Shown here piece after piece: positions 7,312-16,849 of a stretch of DNA of 23,844 bases. The DNA is from Candidatus Nanohaloarchaea archaeon. GTDB lineage: Archaea > Nanohalarchaeota > Nanosalinia > Nanosalinales > Nanosalinaceae. Under the pieces are notes generated by a model. The model saw only the letters and a list, made by a program, of their open reading frames with translations, was not told where the DNA came from and searched no databases. Position 1 is the stretch's first letter. Each line of letters opens with the position of its first letter. The stretch spans positions 1 to 23,844 of the forward strand of contig JBDGRK010000039.1 of NCBI GenBank assembly GCA_042218075.1. Direction: 5' to 3'. A program made the position numbers and the translations under genes.

Positions 7312-8255
7312 AGTTCGCATTCCTGATCCAGCGTGCCTACACCGGCGGGCTCGCCTCGATGCACACCCGGATGAAGGAGGCACTGGAGCGGAGAGGTCAC
7401 GAGGTTGACAAGCTGGTGGTCCAGGAAGAGGACGTGATTGGGAAAGTTGAGGAAGGCGATTACGATGTGGTGCACCTCTACTTCACCCCTTTCCTGAATT
7501 TGAAGTTCTTCGTTCGAATCCTGAAACTCAACTTGACTTCATCCGAGAAAGTGTTCGTCAACTACTACAACATCAAGCCGGAGAATCTTTTCCGCAGGAT
7601 TGTGAAGAGAACGTTTCTACCGCTTCTCTGCACTTTAGTGGTTCTGCCCTCAGAAAACATGGAAAACTTCTACAGGGAAGAGATAGGAATCGATAATACA
7701 GCAACTCTGAGACCGATAGTCGAGGAAAAATTTTACGAGATAGAGAGCGAAGGAGACAATATCATCTACTTCGGCCACTCCAGACCTGACAAAGGAATAG
7801 ATAGATTGATCGAAATCGCCTCGGAAGACATGAAGATCCACACATACTTCATACAGGACCGTGAAAGAGTCTACGGACAGCACCCGGAGATAGAGCAGAA
7901 GATCGAGGAGGGATCGATAGTCTGGCGCGACGAAATGCCCGAAGACGCTCTAAGGGAGGCGAAAGTATCGCTCTTCCCGTTCCACCACCTCCAGAGCACC
8001 GTGGACCTGCCTCTTGCGCTGATAGAGTCTCTGGCGGCAGGAATACCTGTGCTGACCTCGGACATAGCTCCAGTAAACGAGTATCTCCCTGAAGAGTTCC
8101 TGGTGGAAGACTGGAGCCGGGAAAACATCGAGCAGAGAATAGAGAAGATTGACAGCGACTTCTATAGAGAGAAAGCAAGGAATGCAGCGGAAGATATGGA
8201 GGTCGATGAAAGTTCTGTAATCGATCACTATATGGAAATCATCAGGGAAGCATGA
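7308..8255 (+). CDS. Glycosyltransferase, GT4 family
   Basis: Motifs TGG...LERRGHEV, YFGHSRPDKGID and LPLALIESLAAGIPVLTSD. Confidence 0.88.
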   Translation: MKFAFLIQRAYTGGLASMHTRMKEALERRGHEVDKLVVQEEDVIGKVEEGDYDVVHLYFTPFLNLKFFVRILKLNLTSSEKVFVNYYNIKPENLFRRIVKRTFLPLLCTLVVLPSENMENFYREEIGIDNTATLRPIVEEKFYEIESEGDNIIYFGHSRPDKGIDRLIEIASEDMKIHTYFIQDRERVYGQHPEIEQKIEEGSIVWRDEMPEDALREAKVSLFPFHHLQSTVDLPLALIESLAAGIPVLTSDIAPVNEYLPEEFLVEDWSRENIEQRIEKIDSDFYREKARNAAEDMEVDESSVIDHYMEIIREA

Positions 8256-8261
8256 TACAGA

Positions 8262-9710
8262 TCAGATATCGATATCTTCTACATCGTCCCTCTTGACTTC
8301 TTTTTCGACACCGGATTTATAGATCTCGGTCACCACGCGACCGTCCACATCAGAGGGAATCGACAGGCCGTAGTGGTGGAGAATCGTGGGCATCAGGTCG
8401 TAGATTTCGAGATCAAGTTCTCCATGCCAGAAATCCGGTCCATGGGCAGCCCAGATTCCTTCCTGTCTATGGTTGGCTATCCAGCTGCTGGCGCCGCATT
8501 CCTCATCTATCACCTTGTCCGAGAGATCCATCCTTATCTCGACGCCCGGAGCCTGGTCGAGGAAAAGGTCCGGGGCTTCGTCCCCAAACTCTCCCTCGTA
8601 GATTTGATCTCCGTCCTTGACTTCCCTGACAATCTCCCCGTTCTCAAAGCTCTCAAGCTCCTCTTTCAGCCTCTCTTTGAAGGTTTCCGGATCTTCGACG
8701 TTCTCTTCGATTATGTACAGAGGGCCTTCGGAAAGCGCGAATGCTTTGGAATTCTGGAAGTCTATCTTGGGAGCCATATCGGTCTCCTCCACGAACCCAT
8801 CTTCCCTGGGAATCCTTCTCCTGACAGACTTGGGGATAAGCTTCCTCGCCAGATCCTGAAGGCCCAGCTTTTTCACCAGCGAGAACAATCTATCCCTGTT
8901 CAGACCTGTCTTCTGGATCTTGTCCCCAACATCTTTGTTTCTACGTAGGTAGCCTTTTTCCTCAAGCCAGGAGTTGACGTAGAAAAACCTTTCCAGATCC
9001 TGGAAACCGTGGTCGGACATCAGGATTATGTTCACATCCTGCTCCATGATCCTCCCGATCTGTCTGTCGACCTCCTTCCAGACCTCTAGAGTCTCATCAG
9101 AATTCCAGTAGTTGTGCTGCACCCTGTCAGTGAAGAAGAAAGTCAAGTGAAGGAAATCCACCTCATCAAGCTTTTCCAGCGCAAGGTCAGTTCTCTTCGA
9201 AACTATCGACTTTATCTCATCAACCCATTCCCGGGTCTTTTTCTCCGCTGTCGGCTCCACCTGGTAATCCTTCTCGAGTAGTTGATCCTTCAGCTCTTCC
9301 GGATGCGTGAAATCGTCCTCATTAGATGCGAGAGTTCCAGAAACCATAAATTCATCTATCTCGCTCGGCGGATGGGTCGAGGGCATGTTGATCACGCCCG
9401 AGCTTATTCCCTCGTCCGATAGATAATCCCAAATCTCCCTGCTCCTGAAATCTTCAGAGTTAACGAACTCAAGCTCTCCATCCTCTTCATCAAAAGTGAA
9501 CCAGTAAAATACTCCGAACCTGCCGGGATTTCTGCCCGTGGAGTAGGCCTTCCACGCCGGTACAGTCACGTAGGGATGCGTACTCCTGAGATCTCCAGAA
9601 TAGCCGTTCTCGCGTATCTTCTCCAGGTTTGGTAGCTCGCCCTCCTGTATCCACGGCCAGAGGAGATTCCAGGATCCTCCATCTGTACCGATCACAACTA
9701 TTTTCTCCAT
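8262..9710 (-). CDS. AlkP superfamily NPP-type phosphodiesterase/transferase
   Basis: Motifs VVIGTDGG, PYVTVPAWKAYSTG, TDRVQH, MSDHG, ANH and DLMPTIL. Confidence 0.9.
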   Translation of the reverse strand: MEKIVVIGTDGGSWNLLWPWIQEGELPNLEKIRENGYSGDLRSTHPYVTVPAWKAYSTGRNPGRFGVFYWFTFDEEDGELEFVNSEDFRSREIWDYLSDEGISSGVINMPSTHPPSEIDEFMVSGTLASNEDDFTHPEELKDQLLEKDYQVEPTAEKKTREWVDEIKSIVSKRTDLALEKLDEVDFLHLTFFFTDRVQHNYWNSDETLEVWKEVDRQIGRIMEQDVNIILMSDHGFQDLERFFYVNSWLEEKGYLRRNKDVGDKIQKTGLNRDRLFSLVKKLGLQDLARKLIPKSVRRRIPREDGFVEETDMAPKIDFQNSKAFALSEGPLYIIEENVEDPETFKERLKEELESFENGEIVREVKDGDQIYEGEFGDEAPDLFLDQAPGVEIRMDLSDKVIDEECGASSWIANHRQEGIWAAHGPDFWHGELDLEIYDLMPTILHHYGLSIPSDVDGRVVTEIYKSGVEKEVKRDDVEDIDI

Positions 9711-9752
9711 TGAGTTATACAGAGACCTTATAGATTATAACTATTTAGATTT

Positions 9753-10708
9753 TCACTCCCTCCCAAGGTCCTCCGTGAAAAGGCCTTCTACCATTCCCAG
9801 GATCTCGGCGTAGCTCCGCACCACCTTGATCAGCGGAACGAAAACCATGTAGGGATTGGAGGTTCTTCGAATACCCTCTATAACGTAGATCATGACCAGG
9901 AAATACTGGAATACCGCAGTATAGAATATTATCTCATGGAAAGGTGCCATTATAGTCGTCAGTGGAAGTGCGGCGAAGAAAAAGATGCTGAGTAGGGTTG
10001 GGAACGCCTCCGGCCTCTTCCTGAAGTACTGGGGCATGCTCTTTCCGTACCAGCGGCCCTGCCTGAACACTTCACGCAGAGAGGATACTAGTCCGGCGTA
10101 CTCCTCCACATCCTCGAGCTCAACTATCTTGTCATCCGGCCGTTCCAGTCTTTCACCAAGATCCTCATCCTCTCCGTACGCGAGCGATTCGTCGAAACCT
10201 CCTGTCTTCTCCAGCCTCTGCTTCCTGTATATCAGTCCCACCGCAGAACACCTCTCAGCTTCTCCCAGATTTTTCTTATAGCTTTGGCGCGGTTGCTCTT
10301 GTGGCCGAACTTGTTTTCAGCCGAGACAGCCCTGCTGACCCATGTGTCCGTGTAGTGCCTGTGATTCATGTCCACGGAATCCGCGTTCTCCTCCCTGAAA
10401 GCTCTCGCGATCTCTTCCAGCGCGTTCTCGCCCGGAAACCAGTCAGCGTCAAGAAAGTATATCACCTCTCCTCTCGCGTTTCTCCACCCTAAGTTTCTCG
10501 CCACCGCTGTCCCCTTCTGCGGTCCTTCAAGAACCCTCGCACCGCGGCTTTCAGCTACATCGACAGTACCATCAGTCGATCCTCCATCCACCACAACAAC
10601 CTCGTAATCCGAGTAATCCTGTTCCTCCAGCTTCTGGAAAAGCCTCTCCAGGTTCTCCTCCTCGTTTCTCGCTGGCACCAAAATCGAGATGTAGGGATCG
10701 GAACTCAT
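9753..10708 (-). pseudogene. GT2 glycosyltransferase with C-terminal membrane segments, split by a frameshift
   Basis: 10232..10708 carries SILVPARNEE, VVDGGSTD and FLDAD. 9753..10241 carries GGFDESLAYGED, RQGRW and hydrophobic helices. The halves overlap, with the second in the -1 frame, and would give about 318 aa when fused. Confidence 0.8.
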
Positions 10709-12150
10709 ACCTCTATATCATCTATCATGCTGTAAGAAGCCTCTGAAGGATTTTGCTCCAGCTCTGTGAGAACCTCTCCCTCCATGTATCCGGGAATGTC
10801 GAGATCCATCAGGTGGAGCACAGTAGGAGCTATATCAATAATACTGGCATCGACCCTCTGGTTTGCCTTTATTCCTTCTCCAATCGCCCCAAATATACCC
10901 GTGTAGCTGTGGTATGCGTTGGGCGGATCATCGAAGTAGCCTTCCCTGACATCGCCAAGTATGAACTCGGGTTTTAATTCAGCGACGAGCTTCGGGCCCC
11001 TGCCCCTGTAGTCTGATTCTTCCTTAATCTCAAAATTCGAGAAAACCTTTCCTCCATCAGGACCTTCTATATCTTCCAGCTCATCGATCAGCTGTTCCAG
11101 TTTGTCCTGGTCTGAAAAGTCGAAGACCAGCGCGGCACCCACACCGGTCGCCACAAAGTCTGTTTCTTCTAGATCGATCTTGTCGTCCTCTATCTGGTGG
11201 GTTATCCCGGTTCTCCCGTCAGGTACAGCGTCCTGAATATTCTCCGGCACGAATTTTTTGGCCAGAGACCTCATTCCCAGCCTGTTCACGAGGTCCGAGA
11301 TATTGTCCTTCGTAACCCCCATCCTCTCGAGGAGGCTCGTTCTTTTCTTTCTCTTAATGTAGCCTTGGTCCTCCAGCCAGCTGTTCAGGTCGAAGGCGTA
11401 TTCCGGCATCACCATGCCGTGGTCCGACATGAAGATAACCTGATAGCCGTCGGATACAAGTTCGCCAACAATTCTCTCAAGATACGAATCAAGATCCCTG
11501 AACAGCTCCTTCACCTCCTCCTGCTCCGGCTCAGGGTAGAAATGTGTCAGTATGTCGGTTATCCTGATAACGGAGACAAAAAGATCCCACTCCTCCTTCT
11601 TCCTCAGGCGGTCAAGAGCCTGCTTCCTCTTCTCGTAGATCCTGTATATCTCGTCCAGGAACTCCTGCTCCTCCAGGGCGTAGATTCCCCTCGCCTCTAT
11701 CTCGTAGTCGAACTCTTCAAGCAGTTCCTGTTTCAGGTCTGAAGGATATGTAAAATCATTCTTCTCGGAGGGAGTAGTCATTCCAGAGACCATCAAACCG
11801 TTGATATCCTGTGGCGGAAAAGTCACGGGAACGTTGAATATGCAGCATCTTTTCCCCCTTGAAGAGGCGACCTCCCAGAACCTCTCATCCTGTATGTAAC
11901 TTCCGTTAACCGTTCGAATCTCTTCTCCATCGACCAGCTCAAAACCGTATATACCGTGGGACTCTGGCTTCTTCCCGGTCATGAACGATGGCCATGCAGA
12001 TGCAGTAACCGGCGGAGTAGTGGTCTCGAGCTCTCCCCACACGCCTTCCTTCTTCAGTCTCTCGAAGAATGAAAGCTCTCCCTCCTCTATCAGCGGGTCA
12101 AGTATTCGCCATGTAGCACCGTCAAGACCGATAACCGCTACCCTGCTCAT
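10705..12150 (-). CDS. AlkP superfamily NPP-type phosphodiesterase/transferase (paralogue of 8262..9710)
   Basis: Motifs VIGLDGAT, PPVTASAWPSFMTG, TDILTH, MSDHG, AYH and DIAPTVL. Confidence 0.9.
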   Translation of the reverse strand: MSRVAVIGLDGATWRILDPLIEEGELSFFERLKKEGVWGELETTTPPVTASAWPSFMTGKKPESHGIYGFELVDGEEIRTVNGSYIQDERFWEVASSRGKRCCIFNVPVTFPPQDINGLMVSGMTTPSEKNDFTYPSDLKQELLEEFDYEIEARGIYALEEQEFLDEIYRIYEKRKQALDRLRKKEEWDLFVSVIRITDILTHFYPEPEQEEVKELFRDLDSYLERIVGELVSDGYQVIFMSDHGMVMPEYAFDLNSWLEDQGYIKRKKRTSLLERMGVTKDNISDLVNRLGMRSLAKKFVPENIQDAVPDGRTGITHQIEDDKIDLEETDFVATGVGAALVFDFSDQDKLEQLIDELEDIEGPDGGKVFSNFEIKEESDYRGRGPKLVAELKPEFILGDVREGYFDDPPNAYHSYTGIFGAIGEGIKANQRVDASIIDIAPTVLHLMDLDIPGYMEGEVLTELEQNPSEASYSMIDDIEV

Positions 12151-12260
12151 CCTGACATCTAAAATATGAACCGGACTTGGTAAATAAATAGCGATTTCTC
12201 CGGGACTGACGAAGAGTTTCGATTGAATTTGGAGTAAAGATATGAATATTGTTTTAACTG

Positions 12261-13433
12261 ATGCTGACCATCAATCCTACAATGTCAGGATCAGGAGAAG
12301 AGCCGGAAAATAAAACGGTTTACCTCAGCAACCCGGGGCACGAGTTATTCAAGAGAACCATCAGGAACCCTCCCGAGGGCGTCGAATACTGTTCACGCAG
12401 CTTTTCCGGTCTTCGAAGCATTTACTGGAAGCAGGCATTCTCTTTCCTGGAGAAAAAACTGACTACCAACCTGAACACGCATTTAGTTGCTTCAACTGAA
12501 GAGATCGATCTGATCCATTCGAACGGCTCGATCCTGCTTGAAGAGAAGAGAGACTGGATGGTGGATTTCGAAGAACCCTGCGCCTTCACGTTTTTCAACC
12601 TGCCTGATGAAAGGGAAAAGGAAATAATAGTAGAAAGCCTTGAGAGCGAGAACTGCAGAAGACTTCTGCCTCACTGCGTTTCCGCTTACAAGGGATTGAA
12701 GAACCTGTACGACATCAGCGACAAGGTGGTCGAAAAGATGGATGTTGTCTATCCCTCCACAAGGATACCGGATGAATACCAGAAAGATAACGGTAAGATC
12801 TCCCTGATGTTCGTGGCGAGGAAGTTCGAGATTAAGGGAGGTTACGAGGCGGTCGAGGTATTCGAAGAACTGCAGGAATCGGTGGAAAAAGAGATAGAGC
12901 TTATACTGGTCACAAACCTGCCTGAAGATGTTGGCGAACTCCCCGAAAATACCAGGGTCTACTCCGGAGTTGAAAGAAGCAAGCTGGAGGAACTATACAG
13001 GGAAGCAGATCTCTTCCTATACCCGACCTACAATGACAGCTTTGGAGTGGTCATGATTGAGGCTATGGCCTTTGGACTGCCTGTAATCGCGCTTGATGAA
13101 TATGCGACAGACGAAATTGTCTCGGATGACGAGAGTGGCTACATAGTAGAGGGTTACAGCAGGAAATGGTTTGAAAAGGATACAAAAGTCAGGAGAATAG
13201 ATTTCCCGGACAATCCCCAGGTTGAAAACCCGAGAGTTGAGGAAGAAGGCGAAAGAGATAGGATTGTTGATACTTTATTCAGGAAAACCAAGAAGCTGGT
13301 CGAGGAAGATAATAGAAGGAAAGCAATGGCGGAAAAATCCAGGGAAATAGCCAGGAAAAAGTTCTCCAACAGCAATAGAAGGCAGAGGTTAGGAAAGATA
13401 TACTGGGGGGAAGAAGTCGAGAGCTATACTTGA
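12261..13433 (+). CDS. Glycosyltransferase, GT4 family
   Basis: Motifs FEIKGG and ADLFLYPTYNDSFGVVMIEAMAFGLPVI. The true start may be the second Met (MSGSG). Confidence 0.9.
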   Translation: MLTINPTMSGSGEEPENKTVYLSNPGHELFKRTIRNPPEGVEYCSRSFSGLRSIYWKQAFSFLEKKLTTNLNTHLVASTEEIDLIHSNGSILLEEKRDWMVDFEEPCAFTFFNLPDEREKEIIVESLESENCRRLLPHCVSAYKGLKNLYDISDKVVEKMDVVYPSTRIPDEYQKDNGKISLMFVARKFEIKGGYEAVEVFEELQESVEKEIELILVTNLPEDVGELPENTRVYSGVERSKLEELYREADLFLYPTYNDSFGVVMIEAMAFGLPVIALDEYATDEIVSDDESGYIVEGYSRKWFEKDTKVRRIDFPDNPQVENPRVEEEGERDRIVDTLFRKTKKLVEEDNRRKAMAEKSREIARKKFSNSNRRQRLGKIYWGEEVESYT

Positions 13434-13456
13434 GATGAATCTTCAATTTTCCCGGG

Positions 13457-14374
13457 TCACATATTTTTCTCGGGCCTCAGGAAAAGATACTGTAATCCTA
13501 CCTTTGTAGAGTAACCGGGCTTGGCTATGAAGCCTCTCAGCATGTTTTTCAATCCTTCGAGGTAGTTTTCGTTCCTGATATAGGTTATTCCCATGTCCAG
13601 GTCGAAGAAGCCTCTCCTCCTGTAGTAATGCTTCTTGAGGGGTGGATGAAGGTTGACCATCTTCTCCGTCATTATGCTGTGGTCGCGCACCATCTTCTCT
13701 CTCTTCCCTGAAGCGTTTCCTCCATGCTCTCTCTTGCTGAAAAGTACTTCGTCCATCACAGCCACATCGTACTCTCTCGCAGCTCTCACCATCAAATCCC
13801 GGTCGTTTAGACCGTAAAGACTTTCATCGTAGAAACCTATTTGTTCGAAAACCTCCGACCTTATGAGCTCCGTGGTCAGCGGTATAGGGGGATCTTCTGG
13901 CATCCAGTAGGTAGTGTAGACGTATTCAGCTATCTCTCCAAAGCTCATATCTCTGAGGCTTTTCTCGAACTTCTGCCTGTTGATGACTTCTCCCCCGGGA
14001 TCTATCTGCTGGAGGTTGGTGTAAGTGATACCTGTCTCGGGATTCTCCTCCATGTATTCAACTTGTTTCTCGAACCTCTCCTCGTGGCAGATATCATCCT
14101 GGTCAAGTATCGAGATGTAGTCTCCATCGGCAATCCTCACCCCCCTGTTCCTGTTAGCTGCCATTCCCAGGTTTTCATCGTTTTCAGCTATCTCTACTTC
14201 GAGATCGATCTCCAACGATCTGATGAACTCAAGAGAATCGTCCTGGGAATTGTCATCCACTATCACCAGTTCAATATTTTCGTAAGTCTGGTTCTCCACG
14301 CTCCTGATGGTCTCCTCCACCCACTCCTTACCCTCAAAATGGGGGATGACGACAGAAACCAGTGGTCCGGACAT
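13457..14374 (-). CDS. Glycosyltransferase, GT2 family
   Basis: Motifs VSVVIP, IVDDNSQD, NRNRG, ILDQDD and GFYDESL. Confidence 0.92.
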   Translation of the reverse strand: MSGPLVSVVIPHFEGKEWVEETIRSVENQTYENIELVIVDDNSQDDSLEFIRSLEIDLEVEIAENDENLGMAANRNRGVRIADGDYISILDQDDICHEERFEKQVEYMEENPETGITYTNLQQIDPGGEVINRQKFEKSLRDMSFGEIAEYVYTTYWMPEDPPIPLTTELIRSEVFEQIGFYDESLYGLNDRDLMVRAAREYDVAVMDEVLFSKREHGGNASGKREKMVRDHSIMTEKMVNLHPPLKKHYYRRRGFFDLDMGITYIRNENYLEGLKNMLRGFIAKPGYSTKVGLQYLFLRPEKNM

Positions 14375-14375
14375 T

Positions 14376-15293
14376 TCAGGTGTAGTGCTCTATTGTTTTC
14401 TCGATGCCGGTTTTGAAAGAAACCTCAGGGCTCCACCCGAGCTGCTCAATTTTTTCCGTATCGACCGCGTATCTCTGATCGTGTCCCGCCCGGTCCTCCA
14501 CGAATTCGATCAGGTCCTCCGATCTGTCAAGCCTGTCAAGTATCATCTTCGTTACCTCAAGATTGGTCCTGAAGTTCTGCGCCCCGACATTATAGATCTC
14601 TCCCGGTTCGCCTTTCTCAGCCACAAGTTCTATCGCCCTGCAGTTATCCTTTACATAGAGCCAGTCCCTGACATTCGAGCCGTCTCCATAGAGAGGTAGT
14701 TTTTCTCCGTTTCTTGCTCGAGTGATGAACTTCGGAATCAGCTTTTCCTCGTGCTGTCTCGGACCGTAATTGTTGGTAGGCCTCACAGTACAGACAGGAA
14801 GATCGTGCGTCACGCGCATCGCGTTCGCTATCATATCCGCCGAGGCCTTGGTGGCGGAGTACCTTGAGCTCGGATCCAACCTTGAATCCTCGGAGGCCTT
14901 TCCCTCCTCAAGGCTTCCGTAAACCTCGTCCGTAGAGATCTGCACGAACTTTTTGACGCCTTCCTCAACCGCGACTTCCATCAGATTGTGTGCCCCCCTG
15001 ACGTTGGAGTCAATGAAGGGTTCACCGCTTTCGATGCTTCTGTCGACGTGTGACTCTGCGGCAAAATTCACAACCACATCCGCCTCACTGACCAGATCTC
15101 TTGTAACATCTCTGTCCTGAATGTCTCCCTCCACAAACTTTACTTCGTCGAGATAAGCCTCAATGTTGGATTTCTCTCCGGCATAGGTCAGCTTATCTAG
15201 AACCACCACTTCAGCGTCCGACCTGTTTTCAATCAGGTGCTCCACGAAGTTCGATCCGATGAAACCTGCGCCACCGGTCACCAGAAACTTCAT
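14376..15293 (-). CDS. rmlB: dTDP-glucose 4,6-dehydratase
   Basis: Motifs GGAGFIGSNF, DKLTYAG, AAESHVDRSI, STDEVYG, YSATK and DRAGHDQRY. Confidence 0.96.
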   Translation of the reverse strand: MKFLVTGGAGFIGSNFVEHLIENRSDAEVVVLDKLTYAGEKSNIEAYLDEVKFVEGDIQDRDVTRDLVSEADVVVNFAAESHVDRSIESGEPFIDSNVRGAHNLMEVAVEEGVKKFVQISTDEVYGSLEEGKASEDSRLDPSSRYSATKASADMIANAMRVTHDLPVCTVRPTNNYGPRQHEEKLIPKFITRARNGEKLPLYGDGSNVRDWLYVKDNCRAIELVAEKGEPGEIYNVGAQNFRTNLEVTKMILDRLDRSEDLIEFVEDRAGHDQRYAVDTEKIEQLGWSPEVSFKTGIEKTIEHYT

Positions 15294-15340
15294 GCCAGAG
15301 TTTACTCTCTGAACTGATTTAATACCAGCGGTGTTCAGAC

Positions 15341-15898
15341 TCAGAATAGAGAGCCCTGATTCTTGAGCTGTTCAAAGCCTGGAAGTTCCTGATCGTCATC
15401 AGAGAGAACAGGGTTCTCTACAGGCCAGTCTATATCAAGTGTGGGGTCGTTCCATATGATTCCGGATTCGCTCTCCGGGCTATAATCGTTATCCACCTTG
15501 TAGCATACCTCTGCAGTATCGCTCAGCACCAGAAATCCGTGGGCGAATCCCCGGGGAACGTAGATCATCTTCCGGTTTTCCTCAGAAAGCTCGACTTTGA
15601 TGTGCTCTGAAAAAGTCGGAGAATCCTTCCTCAAGTCAACTATTACATCCAGAATCCCGCCTCTTACACACCTGACCAGCTTTGCCTGTGCATGCTCTCC
15701 TTTCTGGAAGTGTAAACCCCTAAGAACATTCTTCTTCGACCTGGAAAAGTTGTCCTGGATGAAATCAGCCTCAATTCCAGCCTCCCGGAAATCCTTTCTG
15801 ACATAGGTTTCCATGAAAAAACCTCTCTCATCCTCGAAGACCTGCGGTTCAACCATCACCGCATCCTCCAGTCCGGCTTCCCTGAACTCGAAAGGCAT
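15341..15898 (-). CDS. rmlC: dTDP-4-dehydrorhamnose 3,5-epimerase
   Basis: Motifs DERGFFME, VLRGLHFQ, QAKLVRC, VPRGFAHGF and YKVD. Confidence 0.96.
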   Translation of the reverse strand: MPFEFREAGLEDAVMVEPQVFEDERGFFMETYVRKDFREAGIEADFIQDNFSRSKKNVLRGLHFQKGEHAQAKLVRCVRGGILDVIVDLRKDSPTFSEHIKVELSEENRKMIYVPRGFAHGFLVLSDTAEVCYKVDNDYSPESESGIIWNDPTLDIDWPVENPVLSDDDQELPGFEQLKNQGSLF

Positions 15899-15948
15899 GA
15901 AGTAGCCTTCTCAGGAAAATACTTCAAGTTTCAGGATTCTAAGTAACT

Positions 15949-16806
15949 ATGGAAATACTGGTGACCGGGGCTAACGGCAGACTGGGATCAGCGATAGCGG
16001 AGAGAAGGGAGATAACCGGTCTGAGCCGTAGCGGAGCAGATATCTTGGCTGACGTGTCGGACGAAAGCGTGAGTCAGAAGATAGAGAGGGCAGAACCCGA
16101 CGCTGTAGTTCACGCGGCCGCTATGCACGCAAACGAATGCGAAGAGAACCCTGGTAGAGCTAGGGAAGTAAACGTCAGGGGGACTGAGAACGTGGCAAGG
16201 GCGGTGGAATCAATCGATGCGAGGATGGTATTTATCTCCTCCGAGCACGTATTCAGTGGAGACAAGGAAGAGAAGTACAGTGAGGACGACGAGAAAGACA
16301 CCAACCTGGTCTACGGCGAGACCAAGATCGATGCGGAGAGAAAAGTGAGAGAAATCTGCTCGGACTGGACCATACTCAGATCGGCGATAATGTACGGGGC
16401 GGACGAGAGCGGTGAGGCGAGTTCTGGAAACTTCTTCTCGTGGGCCAGAAACGATCTGAAGCAGGGAAACAGGGTCGACATAATAACCGACCAGGTAAAC
16501 ACCCCGATCTACATACCTAAGCTTGCGGAAATCATCCTGGAGAGCATAGACAGGGATATAGATGGATTATTCAATGCAGGAGGAAAGTCAAGTGTTTCCA
16601 GGTACGAGGCGGTCAAGAAGCTCAAGAAGATACACGATCTGGATGGAGAACTGAACCCAATCACGAGGGCCGATCTCGGCTGGGAGGAAAGAGGTGAAAA
16701 CTATGCACTCGACACCTCCAGGCTTGAGAAAAATTTTGAAAATAAGCCGCTTTCGATAGAAGAAGGTTTCAGGAGATGGAGAAGAAGGATCGAAAAAAGC
16801 TCCTGA
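15949..16806 (+). CDS. rmlD: dTDP-4-dehydrorhamnose reductase-family SDR
   Basis: Motifs TGANGRLG, HAAA...ECEENP, ISSEHVFSG, YGETK and DQVNTP, next to the other rml genes. Confidence 0.85.
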   Translation: MEILVTGANGRLGSAIAERREITGLSRSGADILADVSDESVSQKIERAEPDAVVHAAAMHANECEENPGRAREVNVRGTENVARAVESIDARMVFISSEHVFSGDKEEKYSEDDEKDTNLVYGETKIDAERKVREICSDWTILRSAIMYGADESGEASSGNFFSWARNDLKQGNRVDIITDQVNTPIYIPKLAEIILESIDRDIDGLFNAGGKSSVSRYEAVKKLKKIHDLDGELNPITRADLGWEERGENYALDTSRLEKNFENKPLSIEEGFRRWRRRIEKSS

Positions 16807-16849
16807 ACGGAAAATAGGTTTTTAGAACTTGGTTCAAAAGTAGGTTCTT

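Noticed and set aside
8373-14699. Long antisense ORFs (8373..8948, 11197..11742, 13841..14416, 14307..14699) and similar ones elsewhere
   Set aside because: They lie opposite well-supported genes. Codon bias in acidic proteins leaves antisense frames poor in stop codons.
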